DNA of 64,000 nucleotides from Mobula hypostoma (taxonomy: Eukaryota), in NCBI RefSeq assembly GCF_963921235.1, contig NC_086097.1, forward strand, positions 218,986,001-219,050,000, in the 5' to 3' direction. Below the pieces are notes generated by a model, which worked only from the letters and a program-made list of their open reading frames with translations, did no database searches and was not told the origin of the DNA. A program made the translations under genes and the position numbers. Of this stretch, positions 1-14,066 are shown piece by piece; the first letter of the stretch is position 1; each line of letters begins with the position of its first letter.

Positions 1-1206
1 AGCTTTTTTTTAAAGAAAGGGGCTTCCCTTCCTCCACCATCAACTCTGCTCTCAAACACATCTCTCCCATTTCACGCACATCTGCTCTCACCCCAACCTC
101 CGACCACTCCACTAGGAATAGGGTTCCTCTTGTCCTCACCTACCACCCCACCAGCCTCCGGGTCCAACATATAATTCTCCGTAACTTCCGCCACCTCCAA
201 CGGGATCTCACCATCTTTCCCTCCCTCCCTCTCTCTGCTTTCCGCAGGGATCGCTCCCTACGCGACTCCCTTGTCCATTCATTCCCCCGCATCCCTTCCC
301 ACCGATCTCCCTCCCGGCACTTATCCCTGTAAGCAGAACAAGTGCTACACATGCCCTTACACTTCCTCCCTTACCACCATTCAGGGCCCCAGACAGTCCT
401 TCCAGGTGAGGCGACACTTCACCTGTGAGCCGGCTGGAGTGATATACTGCGTCCGGTGCTCCCGATGTGGCCGTCTATATATTGGCGAGACCCAACGCAG
501 GCTGGGTGACCATTTCGCTGAACACCTGTGCTCTGTCCGTCAGAGAAAGCAGGATCTCCCAGTGGCCACACATTTTAATTCCATGTCCCATTCCCATTCT
601 GATATGTCTATCCACAGCCTCCTCTACTGTCAAGATGAAACCACACTCAGGTTGGAGGAACAACACCTTATATTCTGTCGGGGTAGCCTCCAACCTGATG
701 GCATGAACATTGACTTCTCTAACTTCCGGTTAATGCCCCACCTCCCCTTCGTACTCCATCCGTTATTTATTTATTTATTTATTTATTTATCTATTTATTT
801 ATTATTATTATTAATTTTTTTTCTCTCTCTCCTTTTTCTCCCTCTGTCCCTCTCACTATACTCCTTGCCCATCCTCTGGGCTTCCCCCCTCCCCCTTTTT
901 TTCTCCCCAGGCCTCCTGTCCCATGATCTTCTCCCTTCTCCAGCCTCATATCCCTTTTGCCATTCAACTTTCCAGCACTTAGCTCCATCCCTCCCCCTCC
1001 TGTCTTCTCCTATCATTTCAGATCGCCCCCCCCCCCCATTTTCAATCTCTTACTATCTCTTCTTTCAGTTAGTACTGACAAAAGGTCTTGGCCCGAAATG
1101 TCAACTGTGCCTCTTCCTATAGATGATGCCTGGCCTGCTGCATTCACCAGCAACTTTTATGTGTGTTGCTTGAAATTCCAGCATCTGCAAATTTCCTCGT
1201 GTTTGC
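1..1206 (+). mobile_element. Penelope-like element (PLE), 3' part: end of RT, Cys-rich linker, GIY-YIG endonuclease, pyrimidine-rich 3' UTR and tail; cut by the window start
   Basis: ORF 271-1122 has GTYPCKQNKCYTC and VIYCVRCSRCGRLYIGET (GIY-YIG); near-identical to 38945-40069. Confidence 0.92.
1071..1106 (+). ncRNA. Degenerate minimal type-I hammerhead ribozyme in PLE tail
   Basis: AGTA-CTGACAA-AAGGTCTTGGCCC-GAAATGTC-AACT; G8 lost. Confidence 0.6.
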
Positions 1207-1839
1207 AAACTTGACGGATTATTTCTTCCATTAATCGATAAAAGTGTAACATGAAAGAGGTGAATTTGAACCAGGATTATTGCATGGACCTGCTGAAATT
1301 GAGTTTTAAATGAAACTGCGAATAAGCTTGGCAAAGAAAATGCAACATTCAGAAGAAAGTTTGATTACTGGTGCAACACACCTAAAAGTTGCAATGGCTG
1401 TAATTATTTTCCAATTTTTTATCAAATGTTCCTTTAACATACATCTCATATCAAAAAAAGGTTGATAGCACTCTAAGCATTATACTTTGTGATCAATTAA
1501 TCTGTGTTTATGCAAAATTGCTTGACATAGGTTTTGCCAGGCCTGTTTGTCTTTGGAGACCATAGAAAGCCCAAAGTAAGAAATTGCTTTCCCTGTCATT
1601 CTGGCTTCTTTCATTTATTGGTTAAGGTTTCCATTGTTTGAATTGCTGACAATTTTCCCGGTCATCTCAGAAAGAGAGTGATTGAGATAGTTCTGAGTAT
1701 GAATCAATATTGGTGTTTACCAGAAGCTTGTTTATCTTTAGTCTATTGATGTGTTAATCATTACCATCCTGTTGTGGTTCAGCAGAGTCCAGACTAATCC
1801 TCGTGTTTGCACGGGATAAATAGGCATCAGCTTGTAGGA

Positions 1840-2645
1840 ATCGTAAACACAAAATGCTGTGCAGATGCTGGGGTCAAAGCAACACTCACAACATGCTTGA
1901 GGAACTCAGCAGGTCGGGCAGCATCCCTGTAAGCGTAAGTGTACACCTGTCCTGACACCTCCTCTCTTGCCCCAAACAGTCCTTCCAGGTGAGGCAACAC
2001 TTCACTTGTGAGTCTGTTGGGGTCGTCTATCGCATCCGGTGCTCCCAGTGCGGCCTCCTCTACATCAGTGAAACCCGACGCAGATTGGGGGACCGCTTCG
2101 TCTAGCACCTCTGCTCCGTCTGCCACAGCAGACAGGATCTCCCGGTTGCCACCCACTTCAACTCTGCTTCCCATTCCCATTCGGATATGTCCATACATGG
2201 CCTCCTCTACTGCCATGATGAGGCTAAACTTAGGCTGGAGGTCTCCAGCCCCTTGGTATGAACATAGAATTCTCCAACTTCTGGTAAATCCGTCCCCCTC
2301 CCTTCCTCTATCCCTGTTTCACTCTGCCCCCTCCCCAGCTGCCTATCACCTCCCTCATGGTTCCGCCTCCTTCTACTACCCATTGTGCTTTCCCCTTTTC
2401 GTTCTTCACCTTTCCTGCCTATCACCTCCCTGCCTCCCCTCCCCCACCCCTTTATCTTTCCCCTTACTGGTTTTTCACCTGGCACCTACCAGCCTTCTCC
2501 TTCCCACCCTCCCCCCACCTTCTTTATAGGGCCTCTGCCCCTTCCCTCTTCAATCCTGACTATGGGTTCTGGCCTGAAACATTGACTGATCATTTCCACG
2601 GATGCTGCCCGACCTGCTGAGTTCCTCCAGCGTGTTGTGAGTGTT
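1840..2645 (+). mobile_element. 5'-truncated PLE (second subfamily) with short inverted 5' arm (~1843-1926, minus)
   Basis: GIY-YIG remnant ~1927-2240; degenerate hammerhead 2552-2587; 16-bp TSD GCATCAGCTTGTAGGA at 1824-1839 and 2646-2661. Confidence 0.88.
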
Positions 2646-3253
2646 GCATCAGCTTGTAGGATCTTTACAGTTCAGAAATGGCACATGTATGAAAGTCACA
2701 ATTGAATACTGCCCTTCTGACGCAGAAAGTAACGTTTCGACCTTTCAGTATGAACAATGAGATCAGACAGCCTCTCCTTTTAAGCAAGGCTCATTTAAAC
2801 ATCTTACAGACTATTCTCTTCGCAGTCCAGAATTTAAAGGATTAGGCTAGAAATTAGTTCTCACCTAAAATTCATACTTGACACTTTTGTATAGACAACA
2901 AATGCTCATTCCTGACCTTTTTTCTCTTCTCCTTTGAAAATATCTCTGCCCCACCCCTCCACCACCATGTTTGTCAATCTTTTCCAGATTTTCCAATCCT
3001 TTTCTGTGAGTGAATCTGTACAATCACCATTCTGCAGCTTGATAGTACTGAACATGAGTCATTTATTTTTCATCCCTCCTAGCTGGAAAGGTTGCTTTGA
3101 AAACGCAGTTAAAATTCCTTCACCATCTGCATGCTGGTGGGACTGCAGCTGCCTCTTCTTACACTCACAAACCCAGTTGTAAACAAAAATTACCTTCATT
3201 CCCTCCCCCCCCCAACCAATAATTTACCCCTGGCCTTCTAATTCTCATCAACT

Positions 3254-5789
3254 TTGATATTACAAGTATGTTTAAGGAAACGGGGTTTTAAACTCCCTAT
3301 ACCAAATACCTTGCTGGCAAACGCGCAGTCTCTTGTGAATAAAATCGATGATCTCAGAGCCAGGGTGCTGAATCAGAGAGACATTAGGACTGCGTGTGTC
3401 CTTTGTTTCACAGAATCCTGGTTAACCCCTTTTGTATCGGATGCAGCAATCCGGATCGACGGGTTTACTGCACACCGTCAGGATAGATCTATAGAGCCTC
3501 TCAAAAGCAGAGGTGGAGGAGTATGCCTCATGATCAACTCTTCTTGGTGCAGGAATATATCAGTGCTGTCCCAATTCCGCTCACCAGACTTGGAATATTT
3601 AGCAGTAAAGTGCCGTCCTTTTTACCTACCACTGGGGTTCTCAGGGATCATTTTGGTAGCAGTTTACATTCCACTTCAGGCTTTAGATAATCTGAGTATT
3701 GGGATTAACATGCACAAAACAGTGCACCCTAATGCCTCCACCATTGTTTTGGGAGATTTTAACCAGGCCAGTCTGAAAAAAATCACTAAGCAACTACCAT
3801 CAACAGATTACCTAAAATACCAGAGGAAACAACACACTGGACCATTGCTACACCACTATCAAGAATGCTTACCGTGTTTTTCCATGCTCTCACTTCGGGA
3901 AGTCTGATCACCTAGCTGTATTTCTACTCCCTGAGTATAGGCAGAGACTGAAGACTGCAACTCCAGCAGTGAGAACCGAGAAGGTTTGGACAAGGGAAGC
4001 ACAGGAGCGCCTACAGGACTGCTTTGAATCGATGGACTGGACTGTATTTGGGGATTCATCTTCGAACCTGGATGAGTATGCTGCAGTTGTTACCAACTTC
4101 ATTAAAGCCTGTGTGGATGAGTGTGTGCCCACAAAGATGTACTGTAGAGTCCCATGGATGAACCAGGAGGTGCTTTGTCTGCTTAAGGCTAGATCTGTGG
4201 CATTCAAGTCTGGCGACCCAGGCCTGTACCAGAAACCAGGTATAATTTGCAGAGGGCTATTTCAAGGATGAAGAGACAATTTTGAATGAGGTTGGAGGCA
4301 ACATCAGATGCACGGCAACTCTGGCAGGGCTAGCAAGACATTACTTCCTACAAAGCGAAACCCAATAGCATGAATGGCAGCGATGCTTCACTACCAGATG
4401 AACTCAACGCCTTCTATGCACGCTTTGAAAGGGAGAACACAACTACAGCTGTGAAGATCCCTGCTGTACCTGATGACCCTGTGATCTCTGTTTCAGAGGC
4501 CGATGTTAGGATGCCTTTAAAGAGAGTGAACCCTTGCAAGGCAGAAGGCCCCGATGGAGTACCTGGTAAGGCTCTGAAAACCTGTGCCAACCAACTAGCA
4601 GGAGTATTCAAGAACATTTTCAACCTCTCACTGCTACGGGTGGAAATTCCCACTTGCTTCAAAATGGCAACAATTATACCAGTGCCTAAATAGAATAATG
4701 TGGGCTGCCTTAATGACTATCACCCGGTAGCACTCACATCAACAACGATGAAATGCTTTGAGAGGTTGATCATGACTAGACTGAACTCCTGCCTCAGCAA
4801 GGACCTGGACCCATTGCAGTTTGCCTATCGCCACAGTAGGTCAATGGCAGATGCAATACCACATGGTTTTAGACCACCTGGACAACACAAACACCTACAT
4901 CAGGATGTTATTCATTGTCTATAGCTCAGCATTTAATACCATCATTCCCACAACCCTGATTGAGAAGTTGCAGAACCTGGGCCTCTGTATCTGCCTCTGC
5001 AACTGGATCCTTGACTTCCTAACCGGAAGACCACAGTCTGTGCAGATTGGTGATAACATATCCTCCTCGCTGGCGATCAACACTGGCGCACCTCAGGGGT
5101 GTGTGCTTGGCCCACTGCTCTGCTCTCTATATACACATGACTGTGTGGCTAGGCATAGCTCAAATACCATCTATAAATTTGTTGGTAGAATCTCAGGTGG
5201 TGACGAGAGGGCATACAGGAGTGAGATATGCCAACTAGTGGAATGGTGCTGCAGCAACAACCTGGCACTCAATGTCAGTAAGTCCAAAGAGCTGATTGTA
5301 GACTTCAGGAAGGGTAAGACAAAGGAACACATACCAATCCTCATAGAGGGATCAGAAGTGGAGAGAGTGAGCAGCTTCAAGTTCCTGGGTGTCAAGATCT
5401 CTGAGGATCTAACCTGGTCCCAACATATCGATGCAGTTATAAAGAAGGCAAGACAGCAGCTGTACTTTATTAGGAGTTTGAAGAGATTTGGCACATCAAA
5501 AATACACTCAAAAACTTCTATAGTTGTACTGTGGAGAGCATTCTGACAGGCTGCATCACTGTCTGGTATGGAGGGGCTACTGCACAGGACTGAAAGAAGC
5601 TGCAGAAGGTTGTAAATCTAGTCAGCTCCATCTTGGGCACTAGCCTACAAAGTACTCAGGATATCTTTAGGAAGCAGTGTCTCAGAAAGGTAGCGTCCAT
5701 TATTAAAGACCTCCAGCACCCAAGACATGCTCTTTTCTTACCGTTACCATCAGGTAGGAGGTACAGAAGCTTGAAGGCACACACTCAGC
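3254..5789 (+). mobile_element. Rex1/Babar-like LINE, APE endonuclease + RT, frameshifted
   Basis: LANAQSLVNK, CFTESWL, GGGVCLMIN, GDFNQ (APE); [30 protein letters not shown] (RT); catalytic ADD deleted near 5180. Confidence 0.88.
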
Positions 5790-6346
5790 TTGGTGGAATA
5801 TTGTGTGCAGTTTTGGTCCCTTAATCTGAGGAAAGACATCCTTGCCATAGAGGGAGTACAAAGAAGGTTCACCAGATTGATTCCTGGGATGGCAGGACTT
5901 TCATATGATGAAAGACTGGATGAACTAGGCTTATACTCACTGGAATTTAGAAGATTGAGGGGGGATCTGATTGAAACGTATAAAATCCTAAAGGGATTGG
6001 ACAGGCTAGATGCAGGAAGATTTTTCCCGATGTTGGGGAAGTCCAGAATGAGGGGTCACAGTTTGAGGATAAAGGGGAAGCCTTTTAGGACCGAGATGAG
6101 GAAAAACTTCTTCACACATTGGTGAGTCTGTGGAATTCTCTGCCACAGGAAACAGTTGAGGCCAGTTCATTGGCTATATTTAAGACAGAGTTAGATATGG
6201 CCCTTGTGGCTAAAGGGATCGGGGGTATGGAGGGAAGGCTGGTGCAGGGTTCTGAGTTGGATGATCAGCCATGATCGTACTGAATGGTGGTGCAGGCTGG
6301 AAGGGCCGAATGGCCTACTCCTGCACCTATTTTCTATGTTTCTTTG
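5790..6346 (+). mobile_element. CR1 LINE 3' end
   Basis: EYCVQFWS...VQRRFTR...RRLRGDLI (ORF 5790-6125), 3' UTR, TTCTATGTTTCT tail. Confidence 0.9.
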
Positions 6347-6349
6347 TTA

Positions 6350-6822
6350 ATACCTCATATTCTGTCTGGGTGCCTTCAATATGATGGCATGAACATCAAC
6401 TTCTCTCATTTCTGATAATCTCTCCCCCTCCCTCCTTCACTCTTTTTCCATGCCCCATTCTACCCTTTCTCCCCTTCTCTTCTCTTCCCCTGCCCGTCAC
6501 CTCCCTCTGATTCCTCTCCCTTTCTTGCGTGCTCCACTGCCCTCTCCTACTCGATACCTTCTTCAGCCCTTTACTCTTCCACCCATGCCCTCACCTTCCC
6601 CCTCACCTGGTTTCACCTGTCACTTGCCAGCTTGTAATCCTTCCCCAACCCCCACCATCTTATTCTAGCTTCTGCCCCCATCCTTCTAGTCCTGATGAAA
6701 GGTCTCAGCCTGAAATATCAACTGTTTATTCCCCTCTATCAATGCTGCCTGACTTGCTGAATTCATCCAGCATCTTGTGTGTGTTGCTTAGGGTTTCCAG
6801 CATCTGCAGAACTTCTTGCATC
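6350..6822 (+). mobile_element. PLE 3' UTR/tail fragment (older subfamily)
   Basis: GATGGCATGAACATC, pyrimidine tract, hammerhead motif and TGCTG...CAGCATCTGCAG tail. Confidence 0.8.
6688..6723 (+). ncRNA. Near-intact minimal hammerhead ribozyme motif
   Basis: AGTC-CTGATGA-AAGGTCTCAGCCT-GAAATATC-AACT. Confidence 0.65.
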
Positions 6823-6881
6823 AGAACCCATTTCTCCCTATTCTTTCTGTTCTCTACTGAGATAGTACCACATTGATACTC

Positions 6882-7573
6882 TACACACTTGTGCCCTCTC
6901 GTGCTAGCCATTCCAGCCCTGGGGAAAAGCCTCTGACTATCCACATGATCAATGCCTCTCATCATCTTACACACCTCTATCAGGTCACCTCTCATCTTCT
7001 GTCGCTCCAAGGAGAAAAGGCCGAGTTCACTCAATCTATTCTCATAAGGCATGCTCCCCAATCCAGGCAACACCCTTGTAAATCTCCTCTGCACCCTTCC
7101 TTTGGTTTCCACATCCTTCCCGTAGTGAGGTGTCCAGAAATGAGCACAGTACTCCAAGTGGGGTCTGACCAGGGTCCTATATAGCTCCAACATTACTTCT
7201 CGGCTCCTAAACTCAATCCCACGATTGATGAAATCTAATGCAATGTATACCTTCTTAACCACATAGTCAATCTGCACAGCAGCTTTGAGTGTCCTATGGA
7301 CACGGACCCCAAGATCTCTCTGATCCTCCACACTGCCAAGAGTCTTACCATTAATACTATATTCTGTCATCATATTTGACCTACCAAAATGAACCACCTC
7401 ATACTTATCTGGATTGAACTCCATCTGCCACTTCTCAGCCCAGTTTTGCATCCTATCAATGTCCTGCTGTAACCTCTGACAGCCCTCCACACTATCCACA
7501 ACACCTCCAACCTTTGTGTCATCAGCAAATGTACTAACCCATCCCTCCACTTCTTCATCCAGGTCATTTATAA
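6882..7573 (-). mobile_element. CR1 LINE RT/C-terminal fragment
   Basis: FADDTK, RDLGV, LVRPHLEYC in ORF 6726-7550. Confidence 0.9.
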
Positions 7574-8700
7574 GATCTTTAAGAAGTTAAAGATGGAATA
7601 TGGAAGTTATCTAGCCAATAATATTAAAGAGGATACCAAAAGTTTCTTCAGATACATGAAGTGTAAAAGAGAGATGAGAGTGGATGTTGGACTGCTGGAA
7701 AATGATGCTGGAGAGGTAGTAGTGGGGAACAATGAAATGGCAGATGAACTGAATAGGTATTTTGCATCATTCTTCACTGTGGAAGACACTAGCAATATGG
7801 TGGAAGTTCCAAGTGTCAGTGGGCATGAAGTTACCATAACAAGACAGAGGTTCTTGGGAAACTGAAAGGACTGAAGCTAGATAAGTCACCTGGACAAAAT
7901 AGTGTACACTCCAGAGGTGAATGAAGAGATTGTGGAGGCGTTAGTAATCATTTTCAAGATTCACTAGATTCTGTAACGGTTCCCGAAGACTAGAAAATTG
8001 CAAATGTTGCTCTACTCTTTAAGAAGAGAGAGAGAGACAGAAGAAAGGAAACTATAGGCCAGTTAGTCTGACCTCAGTGGTTGGGCAGATTTTGGAGTTG
8101 ATTATGAAATGTTGAAGGTTCAAAAGCTCAAAGGTGCGTTTATTATCAAAGTATACAACTGAAATTCTTCAATTCTCCAAGGAGCATGAAACCAACAAAA
8201 GAAAAGAAAGGCAGCACGATCATCAACTCCCAATTCCCATCTCCCCACCAAAAAAAACGAACAAAAATGGAACAGGCACATCTACCCCAAAATCCCCCCT
8301 CCTGCGCAAAAAAACAAGCAAAATAGATCAGGGGTATCAACCCGTAAATTCCATCTCCCACACAAAAAGTGAGCCAAACTGATCAGGCACATCAACCTCC
8401 CAGCCACTCCAACGGCACCAAAAAAAACAGAGCACACTTTCATTTCAAGAGGACGAGAAGATAAAAGCAAGGATGTAATGTTGAGACTTCTGTGGACAGG
8501 CTGCTGTGGAAGCCGTCAGTTTGTATATTTAAGGCAGAGGTTGATAGATTCTTGATTGGTCAGGGCATGAAGGGATACAGAAAGAAGGCAGGAGATTGGG
8601 ACTGACAGGAAAATTAGATCAGCCATGATGAAATGGTGGAGTAGACGTGATGGGACAAATGGCTTAATTCTGCTCCTATATCTTATGATCTTATGGTTTA
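7574..8700 (+). mobile_element. Fragmented CR1 LINE, interrupted at ~8115-8445 by an unrelated LINE-tail-like segment
   Basis: KSFFRY, MADELNRYFASFFT; TCTTATGATCTTATGG tail at ~8680-8697. Confidence 0.75.
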
Positions 8701-9464
8701 CAATGAGCTCCTATTTTGTTATCACTCTTATATGGATAATACTGGGACTCTATGTGAATAACATATATTTGATATAGTCTTATGTAAAACATTATGCAAA
8801 AAGTCATTTTCATTCGACGCAACTTGCTGCTTACAAGCCATGGAAACTTTCTTTGATCAGCACACTTTGAAATGCATAGTCAGTTTAACCAAAGCTGTGA
8901 ACAAATTCCTGCAAACTGATAATACACCCTGACTTTCTAAATATACACCATCTTTTGAGAGAATTGAGTATTATTGCCATGTTCCCAATCCATTGGGGTC
9001 AATTAAACATTTTTGCATTGTTTAAATTCTTTTATAGCAATATTTATTGGGAAGCTTTATTTTCATCTGAACTTACTTACAAGTTACAACAAATTAATTA
9101 CTTACCGACTACGTGTTAAAAATAAAGTGATATTCTCTAACGATTATTTCATGTTTTATATTCATCTTAACTTGTTTGTAATTTAAGATTCAACCATTCA
9201 GCAAGAATTGTTAATTAAACAAATTGGAACGAATACTGAAAGTTATAAATAGAAATGATGCAACACCGCTAAAAATATTTAAAAGCAAGTGATTCTGCAG
9301 ATGTTGGAAATCTAGAGCAACACCCACATAAATGCCGGAGGAACTTCTCTGCCATTCGATTTCTGAATGGGCATTGAACCCATCAACACTACCTCTTTAC
9401 TTTGGAAATGAATATACAGCCAAGACCTTTGTTTAGGACTGGGAAGGCAGGCAACACATTCCAG

Positions 9465-10300
9465 ATTTCAACCACTCTTTGTTTAAAAATACACTTTCCC
9501 CTCAGATCCTGTTTAAAACTCCTTCATTTGCATTCAGCCAAAGTCATGTTGTTCCTGATACACTTACTATGAGAAAGTGATTCTAACTATCTCCTCTGTG
9601 TTTCTTATAATGTTACATGAGTCTATCGGGTCACTCCCAGTTTATCCAATCTCTCCCCATAACTAAAGTGCTCCAGTCCAGGGAACATCCTGGTGAATCT
9701 CCTTTGCGTTCTCTCCAGTGAGCCATATCCTTTCTACAGTGCGATGACACAATACTTGACATGTGACTATGTGAAGTTGTAACACAACCTCCTGACATTT
9801 ACATTCTCTGCCCCAAAGAGTGAAGATAAGCATGTCATATACCGTCATCATCATCCTCTCCAGTTACATTTTCAGGGAACTTTGGACTTGATCCCCATCA
9901 CACAATTCTTGTTGCGCATGTCTTGTCCCTACTTAACTCCCCAAAATGCATCACTGTATACTTGTCAGGATTAAATTCTATCTTGCGAATGTTTCTTCTG
10001 GTCTATATCCTGGCCTTATGTTTTAGTTTTAGACAGACTTCTTCATTATCCACATCACCACCATCGTTACTGTCACCTTCAGATTTGTAAAGCATACCTC
10101 CTCTCTGAGACACCAATAATTATTACAAAGGGAAGTCTCAACACCCCTTCCTCTGCTTATTCAGTGATCATAGACGTCCAATTAGAAAAGCATCTTCAGC
10201 CTCCTATCACCAAGTCTATTTAGGATCAATTCTAGCCAGCTTTCCTTGGATTCCGTGTGCCTTGGCCAGTCTACAGTGCTTGTCAAATGCTTTACTCAAG
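9465..10300 (-). mobile_element. Old degenerate CR1 fragment
   Basis: Diverged similarity to the other CR1 3' regions (GGGAACATCCTGGTGAATCTCC). Confidence 0.6.
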
Positions 10301-10847
10301 TCCATTTTTGTAACTTATAGTGATTTTTATGTATTGTACTGTACTGTGCCACAAAACAACAAATTTTATGAAACATATAGTGACAATAAACCTGATTTTT
10401 TAAAGCTTTTATATCTTACATGTTAAAATACCTTAAAAGTGGAAATACTTTAAATTGTTTCATGAAAATACTTGAATGCACGGTATTACATTCTTTCCTG
10501 AATTCTCATGAACTTTAGTTTACTTAGTGGACTTAAAACAATTGCAATCACAAACAGAGTTAGTTGTTGACAAGGTTTGCATTTTTCTATCATTCACTCA
10601 TGGAATGGACATACAGTATATTCCTAAAGGAGAATAATTTACAAGTTGGAGGGAAATTTGAGATTGCCATTGCAGTTTTTAAAGGAGTAGAAACTGTAGG
10701 TTTTAAAATTTTGGCAAGTTATTACAGTGAACCTTGTAAACTGTAAACTACGTAAAGCATGGTAGGCCAGTTGTGGAAGGAATATAGATTCAGATAAGGA
10801 GCAGGTGCATTGGGCTTCCAAGCCTATTCTACCATTTAATAAGATTA

Positions 10848-11242
10848 ATCAATGTTGGAAAATGCATGGTCATCCACTTTCATAGAAGAAATAAATGTGC
10901 AGACTATTTTCTAAATGGGGAGAAAATCCAAAAATCTAAGATGCAAAGGGACTTGGGAGTCTTTGTGCAGAACACTCTGAAGGTTAACTTGCAGGTTGAG
11001 CCGGTGAAGAGGAAGGCAAATGCATTGTTAACATTCATTTCAAAATGTCTAAAATATAAAAGCAGAGATATGATGCTGAGGCTTTATAAGGCACTGGTGA
11101 GGCTTCACCTTGAGTATTGTGAACAGTTTTGGGCCCCTCATCTTAGAAAAGATGTGCTGGCATTGGAGAGGGCTCAGAGGAGGTTCACAAGGGTGATTCT
11201 GGATATGAAAGGGTTATCATACGTGGAAAGTTTGTTGGCTCT
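10848..11242 (+). mobile_element. CR1 fragment truncated at the HERO-like element
   Basis: QRDLGV, LYKALVRLHLEYC, QRRFTR. Confidence 0.88.
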
Positions 11243-11794
11243 GTGCTGCGGAGGGATCAGGGACTAGGAACCAATCGGGGTGTGCATAGACCGGAAAAAC
11301 TATCATTTGAGCTGAATGTGAAGGAGCTTACATGGCAGGAAATCCAGGACATCATCCAGAAAGCTAAAGCATCAGCTGCCCCAGGCCCAAGCGGTATAGT
11401 TTATAAGGTGTATAAGAAATACCCGAAACTTCTTCGGAGGCTGTGGAAAGTCATGAGAATGATCTGGGCCAAAGGAGCTTTATTCCAAAGGAAGAGGATT
11501 CTTCCACAATTGCCCAGTTTAGGACAATTTCTCTCTTGGATGTGGAATGTAAGATTTTCTTTTCTGTGCTCGCAAGAAGGCTGACTTCTTGCATGATGCA
11601 GAACCACTATATCAACTATACCAGAAAGGCGGTATTCCAGGCTTTACAGGGTGTCTGGAACACACCTCAATGATTAGCCATTTGATCCATGGGGCCAAGC
11701 AGAAAAGAGGCGACCTAACAGTTGTCTGGTTAGGCCTCATGAGCGCCTATGGGTCTATTCCACATGGCTTCATCCTAGAAGGACTTGACCACTA

Positions 11795-12130
11795 GTAGTC
11801 ATAGTCATACTTTATTGATCCCGGGGGAAATTGGTTTTCGTTACAGTTGCAGCATAAAAATAATTAAATAGTAATAAAACCATAAATAATTAAATAGTAA
11901 TATGTAAATTATGCCAGGAAATAAGTCCAGGACCAGCCTATTGGTTCAGGGTGTCTGACCCTCCAAGGGAGGAGTTCTAAAGTTTGATGGCCACAGGCAG
12001 GAATGACTTCCTATGACGCTCTGTGTTGCATCTGGGTGGAATGAGTCTCTGGCTGAATGTACTCCTGTGCCCAACCAATACATTATGTAGTGGATGGGAG
12101 ACATTGTCCAAGATGGCATGCAACTTGGAC
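11795..12130 (-). mobile_element. Rex1-like LINE 3' end nested in the HERO RT
   Basis: Splits HERO ...GLDH|YYIP...; (ATGACT)n tail at the left end; CACTA on both sides. Confidence 0.75.
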
Positions 12131-14066
12131 ACTACTACATCCCAGTGGCTATTCAAGACATGATCACCAGCTACCTAGGAGGATTCAAATTCAGATTTAC
12201 ATCAGCCCATTTTACAACTAGTTGGCAGGACCTCCAGAAGGGGATTCCAACAGGGTGCACCATCTCCCCCATCCTATTTATTATGGGAATGAACCTCCTA
12301 ACATCAGCAGCAGAAGATGTAACCCGCAGCCCGACGCTGGAGTCAGGCATTGTTCAGCCGGCTCTGCGAGGATTCATGGACGACATCACTATAACAACTG
12401 TGTCGCATGTCCAAGCAAGATGGATATTGGAAACCCTGGACAATGTAGCCACTTAGGTGAGGATGTCCTTCAAGGCCAAGAAGTCCAGGTGCATGGTGAT
12501 CAGAAAGGGCAAAGTTACTAGTAAGTTTAGCCTCCAAGTTCAGGGTGAGGTCATCCCTTCCATCGAAGATAACCCGATAAAATGCTTGGGGAAGTGGTTT
12601 AATGTGTCACTGACAGATGGGCCAATGTCACCAATGTTGGGAAGCAGACAGACAAATGGCTGAAGAGGATCGACACATCCGAACTTCCCAGTAAATTCAA
12701 GACCTGGCTGTACCAATACGGCATTCTGCCCAGGCTTCTCTGGCTCCTCACACTTTATGAGTTCCCCATGACTGCCGTAGAGGGCATCGAGAGGAAAACC
12801 AACAAGCACCTGCGGAGATGGTTGGGAGTTGCCCCAAGCTTCTCTTCAGTGGGCCTCTATATTCGATCTGGGCAACTGCAGCTTTCCTTGTCATCCGTTG
12901 TAGAGGAATTCAAAGTGGCAAAATGAAGAGCCTTACTAAGCTTGAGGGATTCCAATGACGTCTTGGTAAAGCAAGCAGGCGTTACAAGCAGATCTGGCTG
13001 CAAGTGGGCAGCCAACACAGCTGTGGATCAGGCAGTGTGTTCTCCGAAGCTGCGAGATATCATCATCGGCAACCCCTGTGTCAGGCGACAAGGCCTCGGC
13101 TCAGTTCAGTTCCAGCAGTGGGGAAACGCAAGCATAAGGAACAGGCGAGATATGCTGCGGGCAGAAGTACAGATCCCTGAGGAAGAGAAGTGGATTTCAA
13201 AGGCAGTGGAACAAGGGTCTCAGAGTGCCTGGACAAAATGGGATCTGCCCAAGCGCAAGATCTCATGGGCAGAGTTATGGAGACTGGAGCCTTTTCGTAT
13301 TTCCTTCCTCTTGCAATCTGTGTATGACACCCTTCCTTCGCCATTACATCTCTACACATGGGGGATGAGAGAGGACCCGAGCTATAAGGTCTGTGGTCAA
13401 AAGGGGACACTGGCTCATATATTGTCTGGGTGTAAAACAGCTCTAACTCAAGGACGGTATAGGTGGCGCCATGATAAGGTGCTTATGGCTCTTGCTGACA
13501 CACTAGAGTGGGAGAGATGCAAGAAGAGGACGGCTGGCACAGATTTGAGGAAGGCCATCACCTTCATCAAAGAGGGAACCAGGCCTTTCGTAACCACACA
13601 ACCAAAGCCCAATCTGCTGCTAACGGCCAGGTCCTGGGAGATGAGGGTCAATGTAGGAAGGAAGTTGCAGTTCCCGGATGTGGTGCACACAACCCTACGC
13701 CCGGACATTGTACTGCAGTCAACTGAAGACAGAAAAATAATTCTGGTTGAGCTGACTGTGCCGTGGGAGGAGGGGAGGGAAGAGGCCCACGAGAGAAAGG
13801 CCTTGAAGTACCAGCCCTTAGTGCAGGAGTGTAAAGACAAGGGTTGGCAGGCATAGTTGTTCCCTGTGGAGATTGGCTGCAGAAGTTTCCCAGCCGAATC
13901 AGCATGGCAGTTGTTGTCAGCTCTGGGCCTGGACGAAAGGAGCAAAAAACAAGCAGCTCGTAGGATGGGGGAAGAGGCAGAACGAGCCTCTTGTTGGATT
14001 TGGAGTAGGAGGGAAGCTGGAAGCTAGGAGCAGATGGGCAGTGATTTGGCCACCACTGCCGGCCCA

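Noticed and set aside
730..1122. Hydrophobic, transmembrane-like C-terminus of ORF 271-1122 and similar Pro/Leu- or Gly/Arg-rich short ORFs
   Set aside because: Read-through or antisense translation of the pyrimidine-rich PLE 3' UTR and (TTTA)n; the copies at 30028 and 39677 have TAA at this position.
1798..1811. 14-bp match (TCCTCGTGTTTGCA) to the PLE tail end at 1194-1207
   Set aside because: Too short and isolated to separate chance from a tiny tail remnant.
6882..8110. Opposite-strand CR1 pieces as a twin-priming inversion
   Set aside because: The pieces look like different subfamilies and no TSD encloses them.
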